Positions 45,801 through 55,506 of a stretch of 64,000 bases of DNA are shown piece after piece. The notes beneath the pieces were generated by a model. That model made no database searches. It saw nothing but the letters and a program-made list of their open reading frames with translations, and was not told where the DNA came from. How positions within the stretch are numbered: the stretch's first letter is position 1; each line of letters starts with the position of its first letter. The stretch comes from an uncultured Methanoregula sp. (lineage in GTDB: Archaea; Halobacteriota; Methanomicrobia; Methanomicrobiales; Methanospirillaceae), in NCBI GenBank assembly GCA_964592875.1, contig CAZQGG010000009.1, positions 2,514 through 66,513 of the forward strand, read 5' to 3'. The translations under genes and the position numbers were made by a program.

Positions 45801-48800
45801 TCAGGTCTTCGCTTTCAGTGATTGCTTCTTCCCCGTTACCCGCTCCGTGGTCGCGATCGCGATCTCCTTCCCTTTCTCGTTCAGGTGCGTCACCGTACAA
45901 TTTACTGCAACGATCCCGCCATTCTTCACCAGCCGTTCGGTAGGGAAACTGTGAGCCGGATCCCCGGAACGGATCCGCTCCATCACCGCATCGTACTCCG
46001 GCCGGGCCCGCTTTGCGATAAAATCATGTGCGTTCTTTCCCAGTACCTCGGACTCCGTCCAGCCATAGAGATGCTCCGCCCCCTTGTTCCAGACCCGGAT
46101 GATGCCTGCCTTATCCTGGACGATGACCGGATCATCGAGCTCCCGGGTGACACCGGCGAGGAGGCAGAGCCGGTCGTGCTCCCCGAGCACCTGCTCAAGG
46201 GTCTTTAAGTCCGTGATATTGGAGAAGGTGAGAACCACGCCATCGATGAGATTCTCTATGGTCCGGTAGGGCATGATGCGCATGATGAACCACTGGCCGT
46301 CCTTTGACTGGACCTGCGTCTCCCGGAAGATCAGGGTATCGAGCACGCCACGCACATCCTTGACCAGGTCATGGTACTTCAGCCGGGACGCGATGTCGGT
46401 GATCGGCCGGCCCACGTCGCCCGGGATGAGGGTGAAGATGGCCGTTGCCGGTGGGGTGTAGCGCTTGATCTTAAGATTGTTGTCGAGGAAGAGCGTGGGA
46501 ATCTGCGTGCTGTTCAACAGGTTCCGCATGTCGTTGTTCACGAGCGACAGTTCGTCATTCTTTGCCTGCAGCTCGGTGTTGACGGTCATCATCTCCTCGT
46601 TCAAGGACTGGAGTTCCTCTTTGGAGGTGGTCATCTCCTCGTTCGTGCTCTGGAGTTCTTCGTTCGTGCTCTCCAGCTCCTCGTTCGTGGACTTCAGTTC
46701 CTCCTGCGAGGTCTCCATCTCTTCGATCGTGGACTGGAGGTGCTCTTTTGTGTACTGGAGGTCTTTTTCCAGTTCCGCGATGGCGGCGGATCGGTCTTCC
46801 TGGTGCCCGGCCCGGCCCGGCCGACGTCGCCGCTCGTGCGGAGTCTCATCGAAGACCACCATGAGCAGATCGTTTAAGTTCCCGGCATCCCCGGGGAGCG
46901 GCCGGACCGTGAGGGTGACCGGCTCGCTCGTGCCGTTCGTTCTGACCATCACGTCTTCCACCCGCACCTCGTGATCCTGGTTGATCGCCTCCCTCACCGC
47001 GATGGCGAGCTCGATCTTCAGCCCCTCGCGGGCCATCTCGACGACGTTGAGGCTGGCGGTTCCCACGGCGGGTTCAAGGTACTTCCCGGTACGCCGGGTC
47101 GAGTAGAGGAGGTCGCCCGTCCGGTTGATGATCAGGACCGGGGGCGTGATCGTCTCGATGATGATGCGCTGGACAACATCCTCGAAGACCGGGACCGGGG
47201 GGGTTTTCTTCGGGAGTTGCTGCTGCCACTCAAGGGTTCCCTGCCGGACGGGGAACGAGGGCAGGGCCATAAGCGCATGCAGCGACTCGTGGCGCTGGAA
47301 GATCTTCCACTTCGGGTCAACCGGCGTGAAGAGGTCGTTGTACCCGCTCACCGATTCGGAAGACCCGAGGAAGAGGTACCCGCCCGGGAGGAGGGAGTAG
47401 TGGAAGAGGGGAAGGATCCGCTTCTGGACCTCCGCGGTGAGGTAGATCAGGAGGTTCCGGCAGGAGATCAGGTCGAGCCTGGTGAAGGGCGGGTCCCCGA
47501 TCAGGTTCTGGGGGGCAAAGACCACCATATCCCGGATCTCTTTTCTTATCCGGTAGTTCGTTTCTTCCTTGGTGAAGAAGCGCTGGAGACGATCCGGCGA
47601 GACATCAGCGGTAATGCTTGCCGGGTAGATTCCCTGCCGTGCGGTGGTGATCGCATCCTGGTCAAGATCCGTGCCGTACATCTGGATCTTGGTGGTGAGG
47701 CCCGGCTCCTGCTCCATACATTCCCGGAAGAGGATCGCGAGGCTGTAAACTTCCTCGCCGCTCGAACAGCCCGGCACCCAGACACGAATGGTGCCGGTGC
47801 CGTCCCGCGCCCGCAGGAGTGGCAGGATCACACGCTCCCTGACAAGCTCGAACGCTGACGGGTCCCGGAAGAAGTTGGTGACATTGATCAGGAGTTCCTT
47901 GAAGATGAGCTCGATCTCATGGGGGTTCTCCTGCAGGAAACTGGCATAGTTTGCCATGTTTTGGATCTGGTGGAGGCCCATCCGCCGGTCAATGCGACGG
48001 AGGAGGGTGGTCTTCTTGTACAGGGAGAAGTCGGTGCCGGTCTTTGACCGGAGGAGGAGGAGGATTCTCTGGAACGCGGAGGAGGTCTTCTTATCGACCG
48101 GTGCGGGTGCTGCCCGGGCCGTTGTGTAGCGGGCCACGTATCCGAGAAGTTTTGCCGGGAGTTCTTCAACGGGAGCAACAATGTCTGCAACACCGGTGGC
48201 GATCGCGCTTCTTGGCATACTGTCGTACTTCGCGTTCCCCGGATCCTGTACCATCACCATCCCCAGCTGCTCCTTGATCGCCCGAAGGCCAGTCGTACCG
48301 TCCGATCCCATGCCGGAGAGGATGACTGCGATGCTCCGCTCCTTCTGGTCCTCGGCGAGGTGCTGGAAGAAGAAATCGATCGGGAGGCGAAGACCCCGGG
48401 GGGCGGACGGCTCCATCAGCTGGAGCTTGCCATGGAGGATTGCCATGTCCCTGTTGGGCGGGATGATATAGACGGTATCAGGCCGGACCTTCATGCCGTT
48501 CTTCACCTGCAGGACCTTCATCGCGGTGACCCGCTGGATGAGTTCGGGCATAACGCCCTTGTGGGTCGGGTCGAGATGGGTGACGAGGATGTAGGCAAGG
48601 CCGGTATCAGCGGGAAGATTGTGAAAGAACTGCCCGAGAGCTTCCAGAGAGCCTGCCGATCCCCCGATCCCCACAACGAAGGGTACTTCAGAGGAGGCCG
48701 CTTTTGCGGTTCCGGGTTCCGTAACGGCAGGGGTGGAGGACGTAGCCCCTGCGGCCGGTGCCGGTAGTTTCTTCCTCTCTGTTGCTGTCTTCCTGCTCTT

Positions 48801-48863
48801 GCGGGGCGCTGCTGCCGGCTTCCGGCCCTTCCCCCCTTCCGCTGGTTTTTTCTTCGCTGCCAT
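45801..48863 (-). CDS. CheB-CheR fusion protein with coiled coil and PAS domains
   Basis: CheB GIGGSAG, HLDP, GMGSDG; CheR INVTNFFRD, WVPGCSSGEE, SCRNLLIY; EELxSxNEE heptads; C-terminal PAS. Confidence 0.95.
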   Translation of the reverse strand: MAAKKKPAEGGKGRKPAAAPRKSRKTATERKKLPAPAAGATSSTPAVTEPGTAKAASSEVPFVVGIGGSAGSLEALGQFFHNLPADTGLAYILVTHLDPTHKGVMPELIQRVTAMKVLQVKNGMKVRPDTVYIIPPNRDMAILHGKLQLMEPSAPRGLRLPIDFFFQHLAEDQKERSIAVILSGMGSDGTTGLRAIKEQLGMVMVQDPGNAKYDSMPRSAIATGVADIVAPVEELPAKLLGYVARYTTARAAPAPVDKKTSSAFQRILLLLRSKTGTDFSLYKKTTLLRRIDRRMGLHQIQNMANYASFLQENPHEIELIFKELLINVTNFFRDPSAFELVRERVILPLLRARDGTGTIRVWVPGCSSGEEVYSLAILFRECMEQEPGLTTKIQMYGTDLDQDAITTARQGIYPASITADVSPDRLQRFFTKEETNYRIRKEIRDMVVFAPQNLIGDPPFTRLDLISCRNLLIYLTAEVQKRILPLFHYSLLPGGYLFLGSSESVSGYNDLFTPVDPKWKIFQRHESLHALMALPSFPVRQGTLEWQQQLPKKTPPVPVFEDVVQRIIIETITPPVLIINRTGDLLYSTRRTGKYLEPAVGTASLNVVEMAREGLKIELAIAVREAINQDHEVRVEDVMVRTNGTSEPVTLTVRPLPGDAGNLNDLLMVVFDETPHERRRRPGRAGHQEDRSAAIAELEKDLQYTKEHLQSTIEEMETSQEELKSTNEELESTNEELQSTNEEMTTSKEELQSLNEEMMTVNTELQAKNDELSLVNNDMRNLLNSTQIPTLFLDNNLKIKRYTPPATAIFTLIPGDVGRPITDIASRLKYHDLVKDVRGVLDTLIFRETQVQSKDGQWFIMRIMPYRTIENLIDGVVLTFSNITDLKTLEQVLGEHDRLCLLAGVTRELDDPVIVQDKAGIIRVWNKGAEHLYGWTESEVLGKNAHDFIAKRARPEYDAVMERIRSGDPAHSFPTERLVKNGGIVAVNCTVTHLNEKGKEIAIATTERVTGKKQSLKAKT

Positions 48864-49106
48864 GTACCGATCCCGCCTGCGGGCTGCAGGTCCCGGCCGG
48901 GCAGAGATACCCGGAGATCGTGGCGTGCAACCGTATATTGTACGAGTTACTATACCGTGGATTAGTATATATTCCCGATGAAGCCGGTTGCCATTGTCAC
49001 CCCGCCGGTCCTCAGGTCTTGAGGGGGATTTCCTTACGCGCCGGGCAGGGGCACGTCGTCCGGCTCATAACAAACCTTTTCCAGTCCCGGCCCGTACCCG
49101 GAGCAT

Positions 49107-49544
49107 ATGGACTGCGACATAAGTGCAGATACGGACCGCCTCCAAATCGAGGAGATCCGTAAGATGCTTGCAGAAACCTACTGGAGTCCGGGCATAACAA
49201 AGAACGAGATTGAGAAAGGCATCCGGAACTCAGCACTCGTGGTCGGGGCATACGACACGAGCGGACGACAGGTCGGGTTCTGCCGGGTCATCTCGGACAG
49301 GACCCGGTTTGCCTATCTCCTTGATGTGGTCATTGCTCCCGACGCCCGCCATAACGGGATCGGGCAGGCGATGGTCCGGTTCGCGGTAACGCACCCGGAC
49401 TTACAGGATGTGTACCAGTGGCTGCTGAAGACGAGCGATGCACACGGGGTGTACGGGAAGTGCGGGTTTGAGCCGATCAGTGATCCAGAGAAGTGGATGG
49501 GACGGATGATGCCGCGGCCGGACCGGTCCGAATTCCCAGGTTAG
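49107..49544 (+). CDS. GNAT acetyltransferase
   Basis: QVGFCRVISD...FAYLLDVVI...GIGQ, DAHGVYGKCGF. Confidence 0.9.
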   Translation: MDCDISADTDRLQIEEIRKMLAETYWSPGITKNEIEKGIRNSALVVGAYDTSGRQVGFCRVISDRTRFAYLLDVVIAPDARHNGIGQAMVRFAVTHPDLQDVYQWLLKTSDAHGVYGKCGFEPISDPEKWMGRMMPRPDRSEFPG

Positions 49545-49545
49545 C

Positions 49546-50217
49546 TCATATCCTCATCAGCCGCTCGTTCTCGCGCAGCCACTGCCGCCGGCTCTCGTAG
49601 TCCGGCATCAGCTCCTGCACCTTTGCCCAGAATTTTTTTGAATGATCGTGCTGCTTAAGGTGGACGAGCTCGTGGACGATCACGTAATCCACGATCGAAA
49701 GCGGCGCCTGGATGAGCCGCCAGCTGAAGTTCAGGCTGCCCCGGGTCGAACACGAACCCCAGCGCTTCTGGGCACCGGAGATGGAGAGTGATTTCGGGGA
49801 ATAACCGGTCATCATCGAGAAGTACATGCACCGGGCATTGATCTCCTTTCGGGCCTCGGCAATGTACCAGCGCTGAATTGCTTCGGGGATGTCGGGCCGG
49901 ACATTCCGGGAGACCACGAGCCGGTCGGTGCGCTCGATCACGCCCCTGCCATCGTCAATGATGTGCAGCGGATACGGGCGCCCGAGGAACCAGAAGATCT
50001 CACCCTCCTCGTAGGCATGGGCCACTGCCTGCGGCCGCTTTTTTATCTCGGCCATCTTCTTCCGGATCCATCCCGCTTTCTCCCGGACCGCTTCATCGAT
50101 CAGCGATGCCGGGGCACGCAGGGGCGCCCGGACGATCAGCCGGGCTTCGTGCGTGATGATGAGCGCAATCGTTCGCCGGCGCGAGCGGACAATGGAATCA
50201 ATGCGGATCTCGTCCAT
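49546..50217 (-). CDS. M48/YgjP (DUF45)-family zinc metalloprotease-like protein
   Basis: RSRRRTI, KRWGSCS, LNFSWRL, DYVIVHELVH...HSKKFW. Confidence 0.92.
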   Translation of the reverse strand: MDEIRIDSIVRSRRRTIALIITHEARLIVRAPLRAPASLIDEAVREKAGWIRKKMAEIKKRPQAVAHAYEEGEIFWFLGRPYPLHIIDDGRGVIERTDRLVVSRNVRPDIPEAIQRWYIAEARKEINARCMYFSMMTGYSPKSLSISGAQKRWGSCSTRGSLNFSWRLIQAPLSIVDYVIVHELVHLKQHDHSKKFWAKVQELMPDYESRRQWLRENERLMRI

Positions 50218-50298
50218 GTGTGATGACACCCGGTTCTTCTGTACCGTTGGCGGCTTGCGGGAAAAAAGGGAACTGGTGCCGGCACGGGCATCGTGCGA

Positions 50299-50994
50299 TC
50301 AGGATGATGCCGGGATCTTCGAATCGTCGCTCACGACCTTGCCGTCCCGGAGCCGGACAATGCGGTGGAAGTAATCCTTGTGCCAGTCCTCGTGGGAGAC
50401 CATCACGATCGTCTGCTGCATCTCCTCGTTGATCTCGCGGAAGAGGTCGAGCACCAGCCGGGAGTTCTCGGAGTCAAGGTTCGCACACGGCTCGTCGGCA
50501 AAGAGGATGTCGGGCTTGTTCACCATGGCCCGGGCAATCGAGACACGCTGCTGCTGGCCTCCCGAGAGCTCCCGGGGCAGGTGGTCCTGCCGGTCCAGAA
50601 GGCCGATCTTCGTCAGGATATCGATACTCGCCTCATGGTACTGGTGTTCGGTCCGGTCCTTCCTCAGCATCGCGGTCAGGGAGACGTTCTCCATCACGGT
50701 GAGATCCGGAACCAGCGCATAGTCCTGGAATACGTACCCGAGCTTGTAGAGCCGGAACATGGACTTCTCGTAATCACTCAGGGTGGAGATGTCTGTCCCG
50801 TCTATCACGATCCCGCCGGATGTGGGGATGTCCAATAGACCCAGCATGTGCAGAAGCGTGGTCTTGCCGCTGCCGCTCGCCCCCATGATACCGAGGAATT
50901 CCCCCTTGATAATATCAAGGGTGACGCCATCGAGCGCCCGGACTTCAACATCCCCCATCCGGTAAATCTTCGTAAGGTCGGTAATCTCGATCAT
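50299..50994 (-). CDS. ABC transporter ATP-binding protein
   Basis: GASGSGKTT, LSGGQQQRVSIARAM, FADEPCANLD, VSHE. Confidence 0.96.
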   Translation of the reverse strand: MIEITDLTKIYRMGDVEVRALDGVTLDIIKGEFLGIMGASGSGKTTLLHMLGLLDIPTSGGIVIDGTDISTLSDYEKSMFRLYKLGYVFQDYALVPDLTVMENVSLTAMLRKDRTEHQYHEASIDILTKIGLLDRQDHLPRELSGGQQQRVSIARAMVNKPDILFADEPCANLDSENSRLVLDLFREINEEMQQTIVMVSHEDWHKDYFHRIVRLRDGKVVSDDSKIPASS

Positions 50995-50995
50995 A

Positions 50996-52210
50996 TCAGG
51001 CCCTCATGGCGCTCTGGATATCCTCGCGCGATACCTGGTACGCGGGGACGTACCCCGCGACAATCGATGCGGCAAAGAGGATCAGGGAGTTCTGGATGAG
51101 ATCCATCGGGGTCAGGTACAGGGTTGCCGACCATTCGGGTGTGACGATGGGGTTGGCTGCCAGGTATGCGGCCATCAGGAGGGTGAGCACGAGACCGAAG
51201 ATGATCCCGAGCACCGCCATGATGATCACCTGGAACCCGTAACTGTGCATGATGACCTCCTTGTCCACGCCGATGGCCTTGAGGATCCCGATCTGGCGCC
51301 GGCTGTTGATGGTCTTGATGGTGATCACGATGAAGAGCACGACCGTGGTGATGATGATGCCCACGATGAGTGAGACCATGTTGATGATCGCAAAGCTCTG
51401 GAGCGCCCGGCCCATGCTCTTTGCCAGCAGGTCGGCCGTGGTCTGGACCTTCTGCGATACCCCGTACTGGATCAGCTCGTCCTTGACAAACTTCTCGGAA
51501 TACCCGGGCCGGGTCTTGACGGTGACGTAATCTGCATTATCAATCGCCTTGGGATCTGCGAGCGCCATGTCCGTATAACTCACATACACGGCGCTGTCCG
51601 CCGAGCTCCAGCCGGTGTAATAGATCCCCTTCACCCGGTAGTCCTTGACGTACCCGTTGCCGTAATCGATCGTGATCGAGTCGCCGACCCGGACCCCCCC
51701 AAGCGAAGACTGGAACTCATCCTCTTCCTTCACCGAGGCATCGCCTGCCACAGGCTTGCCAATGATTACTTCACCGGTATCGTCCTCACCGAGATAACTC
51801 CCGGCCACCATCTTGGTGTAGAGCGGGGAGACCAGCTTCTCGTCATTGGGTTTGATGGCCCGCACCGTGACGCCAAGCATCCGCTGCCGGTACTTGAGGG
51901 TTGCTCCCTTGCTGAAGTGGGGGGTCGCCCGTTCCACGCCAGGCATACCGTTGATCAGGTCGAGCGTGGCTCCAAGATCACTGACGTACTGGTCGCCCGT
52001 CTTGGCGCTGACGAGCACGTTGCCGATCTCGTAGTCCACGACCTGCTTGGTGATGCTCTGCCCGATCCCATTGAAGAGACCCGGCAGGAAGATCATGTTG
52101 GTGAAGCACATCCCGATGATCAGGATCGTCAGAAGCACGCTCGACCTGCTGCCCCGCTGGAGCGAGCGGAGGGCAAGCAGGAAGGCGACCTTTAGTTCTT
52201 TCTTTCCCAT
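50996..52210 (-). CDS. ABC transporter permease (LolE/FtsX family)
   Basis: RRQIGILKAIG, GYVPAYQVSR; TM pattern. Confidence 0.92.
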   Translation of the reverse strand: MGKKELKVAFLLALRSLQRGSRSSVLLTILIIGMCFTNMIFLPGLFNGIGQSITKQVVDYEIGNVLVSAKTGDQYVSDLGATLDLINGMPGVERATPHFSKGATLKYRQRMLGVTVRAIKPNDEKLVSPLYTKMVAGSYLGEDDTGEVIIGKPVAGDASVKEEDEFQSSLGGVRVGDSITIDYGNGYVKDYRVKGIYYTGWSSADSAVYVSYTDMALADPKAIDNADYVTVKTRPGYSEKFVKDELIQYGVSQKVQTTADLLAKSMGRALQSFAIINMVSLIVGIIITTVVLFIVITIKTINSRRQIGILKAIGVDKEVIMHSYGFQVIIMAVLGIIFGLVLTLLMAAYLAANPIVTPEWSATLYLTPMDLIQNSLILFAASIVAGYVPAYQVSREDIQSAMRA

Positions 52211-53490
52211 GGGAAGGTTCCATCACCGTTCTTCTTCGGCAGGTACCAGTACCGGTAGGCAAGGAATGCCAGGATCGCCAGGATGATGACGAGGAAGATC
52301 AGGCTCCCGGTAGAGTCAACGGGCGAGACCCGCAGGTTCATCTGCCGGGTCAGGGTGTGCTCGCCCATGTCATCGGTATACGTGATGGTCAGGTTGTATG
52401 GGTACGTGCCTCCTTTCATACTCTCAAGGAGGAAGATCGCCGGTGCATCGTTGCCGGGCTTGATCTTGCCGATGAAGGCCTCTTTCTTGCCTTCCGCCGG
52501 CATGTCAACCGTTGCCGAGACTTTCTTGGCCTCGCCGGTACCGGTATTCTCGATCCGGATCGTGAGGTCAAACGGTGTGCCTTCGGCCAGCCGCGAGGGG
52601 TTGGTATCCACCGAGACGAACCCCAGTTCCGCGGTGCCCTTCATCATGACATCGATCCCGGTCGTCTTTGTTATGGGCGTACCGTCAATCGAGGTGTACC
52701 GGAGGGTTACCGGGACACGGACAAGGCCGGAGCCGGCATCCTTGTCGGAGAGCATCACGAGCGAGAGCGATTTTTGTTCGCCGGCCGCGATCCTGCCAAG
52801 GGTGTAGAGGTCCGCACCCTTCGGTGCGATGACCCCGCTGACGTTGGTGATGGTCAGGGTCACATCATCTGCAAGCAGCGATCCTGCATTGCTTACGGCG
52901 AGGGAGATCGGGATCTCTTCACCCGGGATGACACTGCCCGTGAGGGTGCTGTTCACCACCAGGATCGCTTCCTTCTGGATGCCGATCGCGGTATTGACAT
53001 TGACCGGCACCGGGTACTTTACACTCCGGCCACCGCTCGTGTCGATCCAGACCTCCGGGTAGTACATGCCGCTCTTATCGGGGGCAGTGATGGTAAAGGT
53101 GACTGCTATGGACTGGCCGGGCCCGATCTCACCGATACTGGTAAAATCCTTCGAAAGGACAGAAATCCCGTTACCTTCGAGATGGATGTCCTCGATATTG
53201 ACGTTGATATCCTCGGTCCTGACAACGGAATAGTCATTGATATCCAGTTTGCCGCTCTTCTCGACAACCGAGGCGCTTGACGCGGTATTCTTGATGACAA
53301 TGGTGATCGTCCCAAGCGCATCGGGCATGAGGACCGGGGGCGACACAGTGTAATTTGATACCGTTACGGTCGGGCTGCTGGCGGCCTGTGCCGGGGAGAC
53401 CAGCATGACTCCCACACCAAACAGGACCATCAATGCGATGATCGTTCCTGCAATTCTCATAAGTTCATTCCGGTTTCCATATACGTTCAT
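52192..53490 (-). CDS. COG1361-like S-layer domain protein
   Basis: Signal peptide, IGEIGPGQS, IENTGTGEAKKV, FIGKIKPGNDAP, C-terminal TM; ATGA overlap with the upstream gene. Confidence 0.85.
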   Translation of the reverse strand: MNVYGNRNELMRIAGTIIALMVLFGVGVMLVSPAQAASSPTVTVSNYTVSPPVLMPDALGTITIVIKNTASSASVVEKSGKLDINDYSVVRTEDINVNIEDIHLEGNGISVLSKDFTSIGEIGPGQSIAVTFTITAPDKSGMYYPEVWIDTSGGRSVKYPVPVNVNTAIGIQKEAILVVNSTLTGSVIPGEEIPISLAVSNAGSLLADDVTLTITNVSGVIAPKGADLYTLGRIAAGEQKSLSLVMLSDKDAGSGLVRVPVTLRYTSIDGTPITKTTGIDVMMKGTAELGFVSVDTNPSRLAEGTPFDLTIRIENTGTGEAKKVSATVDMPAEGKKEAFIGKIKPGNDAPAIFLLESMKGGTYPYNLTITYTDDMGEHTLTRQMNLRVSPVDSTGSLIFLVIILAILAFLAYRYWYLPKKNGDGTFPWERKN

Positions 53491-54332
53491 ACTGTTTCCA
53501 ACGTGATTGAACCAACACCCTGGTTCAGGGTGATCTGATTGACCGCGATCGATGTATTGAACCCAGGCGTAACAAAGGTATCGTCATGCCGGATGAATCC
53601 GTTTTCGGTGATGTCACCGATTCCCTGGTGCACCTGGATACGCGTGTTACTGGTCCGGGGAATACGCAGCGTGAGGTCCCCGACCCCGGTCTTGATGGTC
53701 CCATCGAATCGTCCGCCATGGTACCCGCTGAGATCGACGGTCGTATCGCCCGCACCGGTGTGGACCGCCAGCGTTTCCAGGTTGAGCGTTCCAAGGCTCA
53801 AGGAGTTGTCCCCGGCCCCGACATTTTCTTCGAGACGGATCGGGATAGTGTCACTGAGGCGGATCTCCCACCGGTTGGGGGAGTCCACGGCAAACCATGC
53901 CTTGCCCGCGTGTCCTTTCTCGGTGATCACCACGGACTTTTGGGAAGCATTGGCCCCCAGTGCCAGGTTAGGCTGCCAGATACCGGCTTCGGTAAAGACC
54001 GTTGCCTCCATCAGCGCGGCATCGGGCGCACCACCCTGCAGGGTGAGATCCCCGGCGCCGAGGGTGAGCCGCACATCGCCGGACGTGGCGCCATCCAGCG
54101 GAATGATGGTCGTATTGGGGGTGAGGAGGGCGTTGTTCCGGAACGGCGTGAGCGGATGGTCTGTTGAGGGAGGAAATCCTCCCGCGAGCGCCAGAATGCC
54201 AAACCCGATGACAAACGATACGATGGTGATCGCAACCAGCCAGAGGATGATCCGGGTCGCACTGATCCCCCGTATGTTCACATGACAGGAGATGCACGAG
54301 GATCGCTTTCTTTGTTCTTCATCAGTACTCAT
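53487..54332 (-). CDS. Toastrack-family (LiaF/LiaG-like) beta-strand repeat protein
   Basis: TM helix then LGAGDLTL, VGAGDNSL, TGAGDTTV, TGVGDLTL, QGIGDI repeats. Confidence 0.8.
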   Translation of the reverse strand: MSTDEEQRKRSSCISCHVNIRGISATRIILWLVAITIVSFVIGFGILALAGGFPPSTDHPLTPFRNNALLTPNTTIIPLDGATSGDVRLTLGAGDLTLQGGAPDAALMEATVFTEAGIWQPNLALGANASQKSVVITEKGHAGKAWFAVDSPNRWEIRLSDTIPIRLEENVGAGDNSLSLGTLNLETLAVHTGAGDTTVDLSGYHGGRFDGTIKTGVGDLTLRIPRTSNTRIQVHQGIGDITENGFIRHDDTFVTPGFNTSIAVNQITLNQGVGSITLETV

Positions 54333-54922
54333 GCAACACACTCCGTTCCCTTGATCACACCAATGTTCCATTTCAGGTACCGGATACCGACATGGTAGAA
54401 GAATCGTGCAAGGAAGTAATCCCCGATCACGAGCAGGAGGCCAAACGTGGTGATCCCCATTGAGAAGAATATTCCTGCAACCGGAGACTGCCAGATCGCG
54501 AACGCCGGAATGCCCAGGATCTGCAGGATCGCGTAGATACCTGCAGCAGGCCCGAAGACCGTAAACAGGATCCCGAATATGAAGACCACGAGCAGCAGGA
54601 CGACGAGCAGGATGAACGGCACGAGAACAAAGACCAGGTTAAAGAGCCCGAGCCCAAGGGTTGCACCAATGGCATGGAGTAAATTGCCGCAGCTCTTGTT
54701 TGATTCCGCCTTGTTCACAAAGTGGGTTGCACGGATCTCCCGTGCCACGTCCTCGGGTGAGCCGAGCGAGCGGAACAGTTCCTCTTCCACCCGGCCGTTC
54801 GCCTTCCCCATCCGGAAATGTTCGGCATAATCGGAGAGGATATCCGCCAGTTCGTCCGCCGGGAGGGTTCCCTCAAGGCGGCTCTTCAGTATCCGCATGT
54901 ATTCCGCTTCAGTCTGCAGCAT
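54329..54922 (-). CDS. HAAS/DUF1700 membrane protein
   Basis: EYMRIL...[14 protein letters not shown]...[17 protein letters not shown] followed by TM helices. Confidence 0.9.
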   Translation of the reverse strand: MLQTEAEYMRILKSRLEGTLPADELADILSDYAEHFRMGKANGRVEEELFRSLGSPEDVAREIRATHFVNKAESNKSCGNLLHAIGATLGLGLFNLVFVLVPFILLVVLLLVVFIFGILFTVFGPAAGIYAILQILGIPAFAIWQSPVAGIFFSMGITTFGLLLVIGDYFLARFFYHVGIRYLKWNIGVIKGTECVA

Positions 54923-55235
54923 CGTTTGTTCCTTCCAGGAGCGCATTTACCGATGCGACAAAACGCATCCATTCTTCTCTCTGTTCATGTTCTACATTCC
55001 TTCCCGTGTCGGTGAGACGATAATATTTCCGTGGGGGGCCTTCTGCCGATTCCTGGAGATACGTGGTGACATACCCCTCATCCTTGAGGCGGCGCAGGAG
55101 CGGGTAGATGGTACCTTCGGATATGTCGATCCGTTTTGAGATCTCGGCCACCAGCTCGTACCCGTAACAATCCTTGTGGGCAAGGACCGTGAGGACGCAG
55201 ATCTCAAGCACTCCCTTTTTGAACTGGATATTCAT
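54909..55235 (-). CDS. PadR-family transcriptional regulator
   Basis: [38 protein letters not shown]. Confidence 0.95.
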   Translation of the reverse strand: MNIQFKKGVLEICVLTVLAHKDCYGYELVAEISKRIDISEGTIYPLLRRLKDEGYVTTYLQESAEGPPRKYYRLTDTGRNVEHEQREEWMRFVASVNALLEGTNDAAD

Positions 55236-55351
55236 GAAAACCTCCCTGGCCCGGTGCATGCCCGTTTCCCGGTACCGCGCAAAGGTTCACCACTGGGGGA
55301 ATATTCTGACGATACCGGGAATGTGTGCAGAGGGTAGATTGACGGGCCTGC

Positions 55352-55421
55352 GTGTTAAGAACTTAACACAGTATCTTGCTATGCAAGGTACTTACTATTG
55401 TTGAGAGAGGCAGGTATATAA
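55352..55421 (-). promoter_or_regulatory. PadR operon promoter with two adjacent palindromic operators
   Basis: TATA TTATATA (- strand, 55415-55421); AGTATCTTGC-TAT-GCAAGGTACT at 55370-55392; GTGTTAAG-AA-CTTAACAC at 55352-55369. Confidence 0.65.
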
Positions 55422-55506
55422 TTCAATCGTTTGCAGGGTTACCCCGCAGGGTCATCCAACTCCTCTCGCTTGATCTCGTCCCCGCAAGGGAATTAAAAAA
55501 AAAGTT

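Noticed and set aside
49546-50217. YgjP/M48 protein as a marker of a type I restriction-modification locus
   Set aside because: No hsd genes are nearby; a stand-alone copy is common.
53500-53565. Additional copies of the ATTGAACC regulon box (also 17043 and 42314)
   Set aside because: They lie inside coding sequence and lack the TATA-like box at the 46-bp offset.
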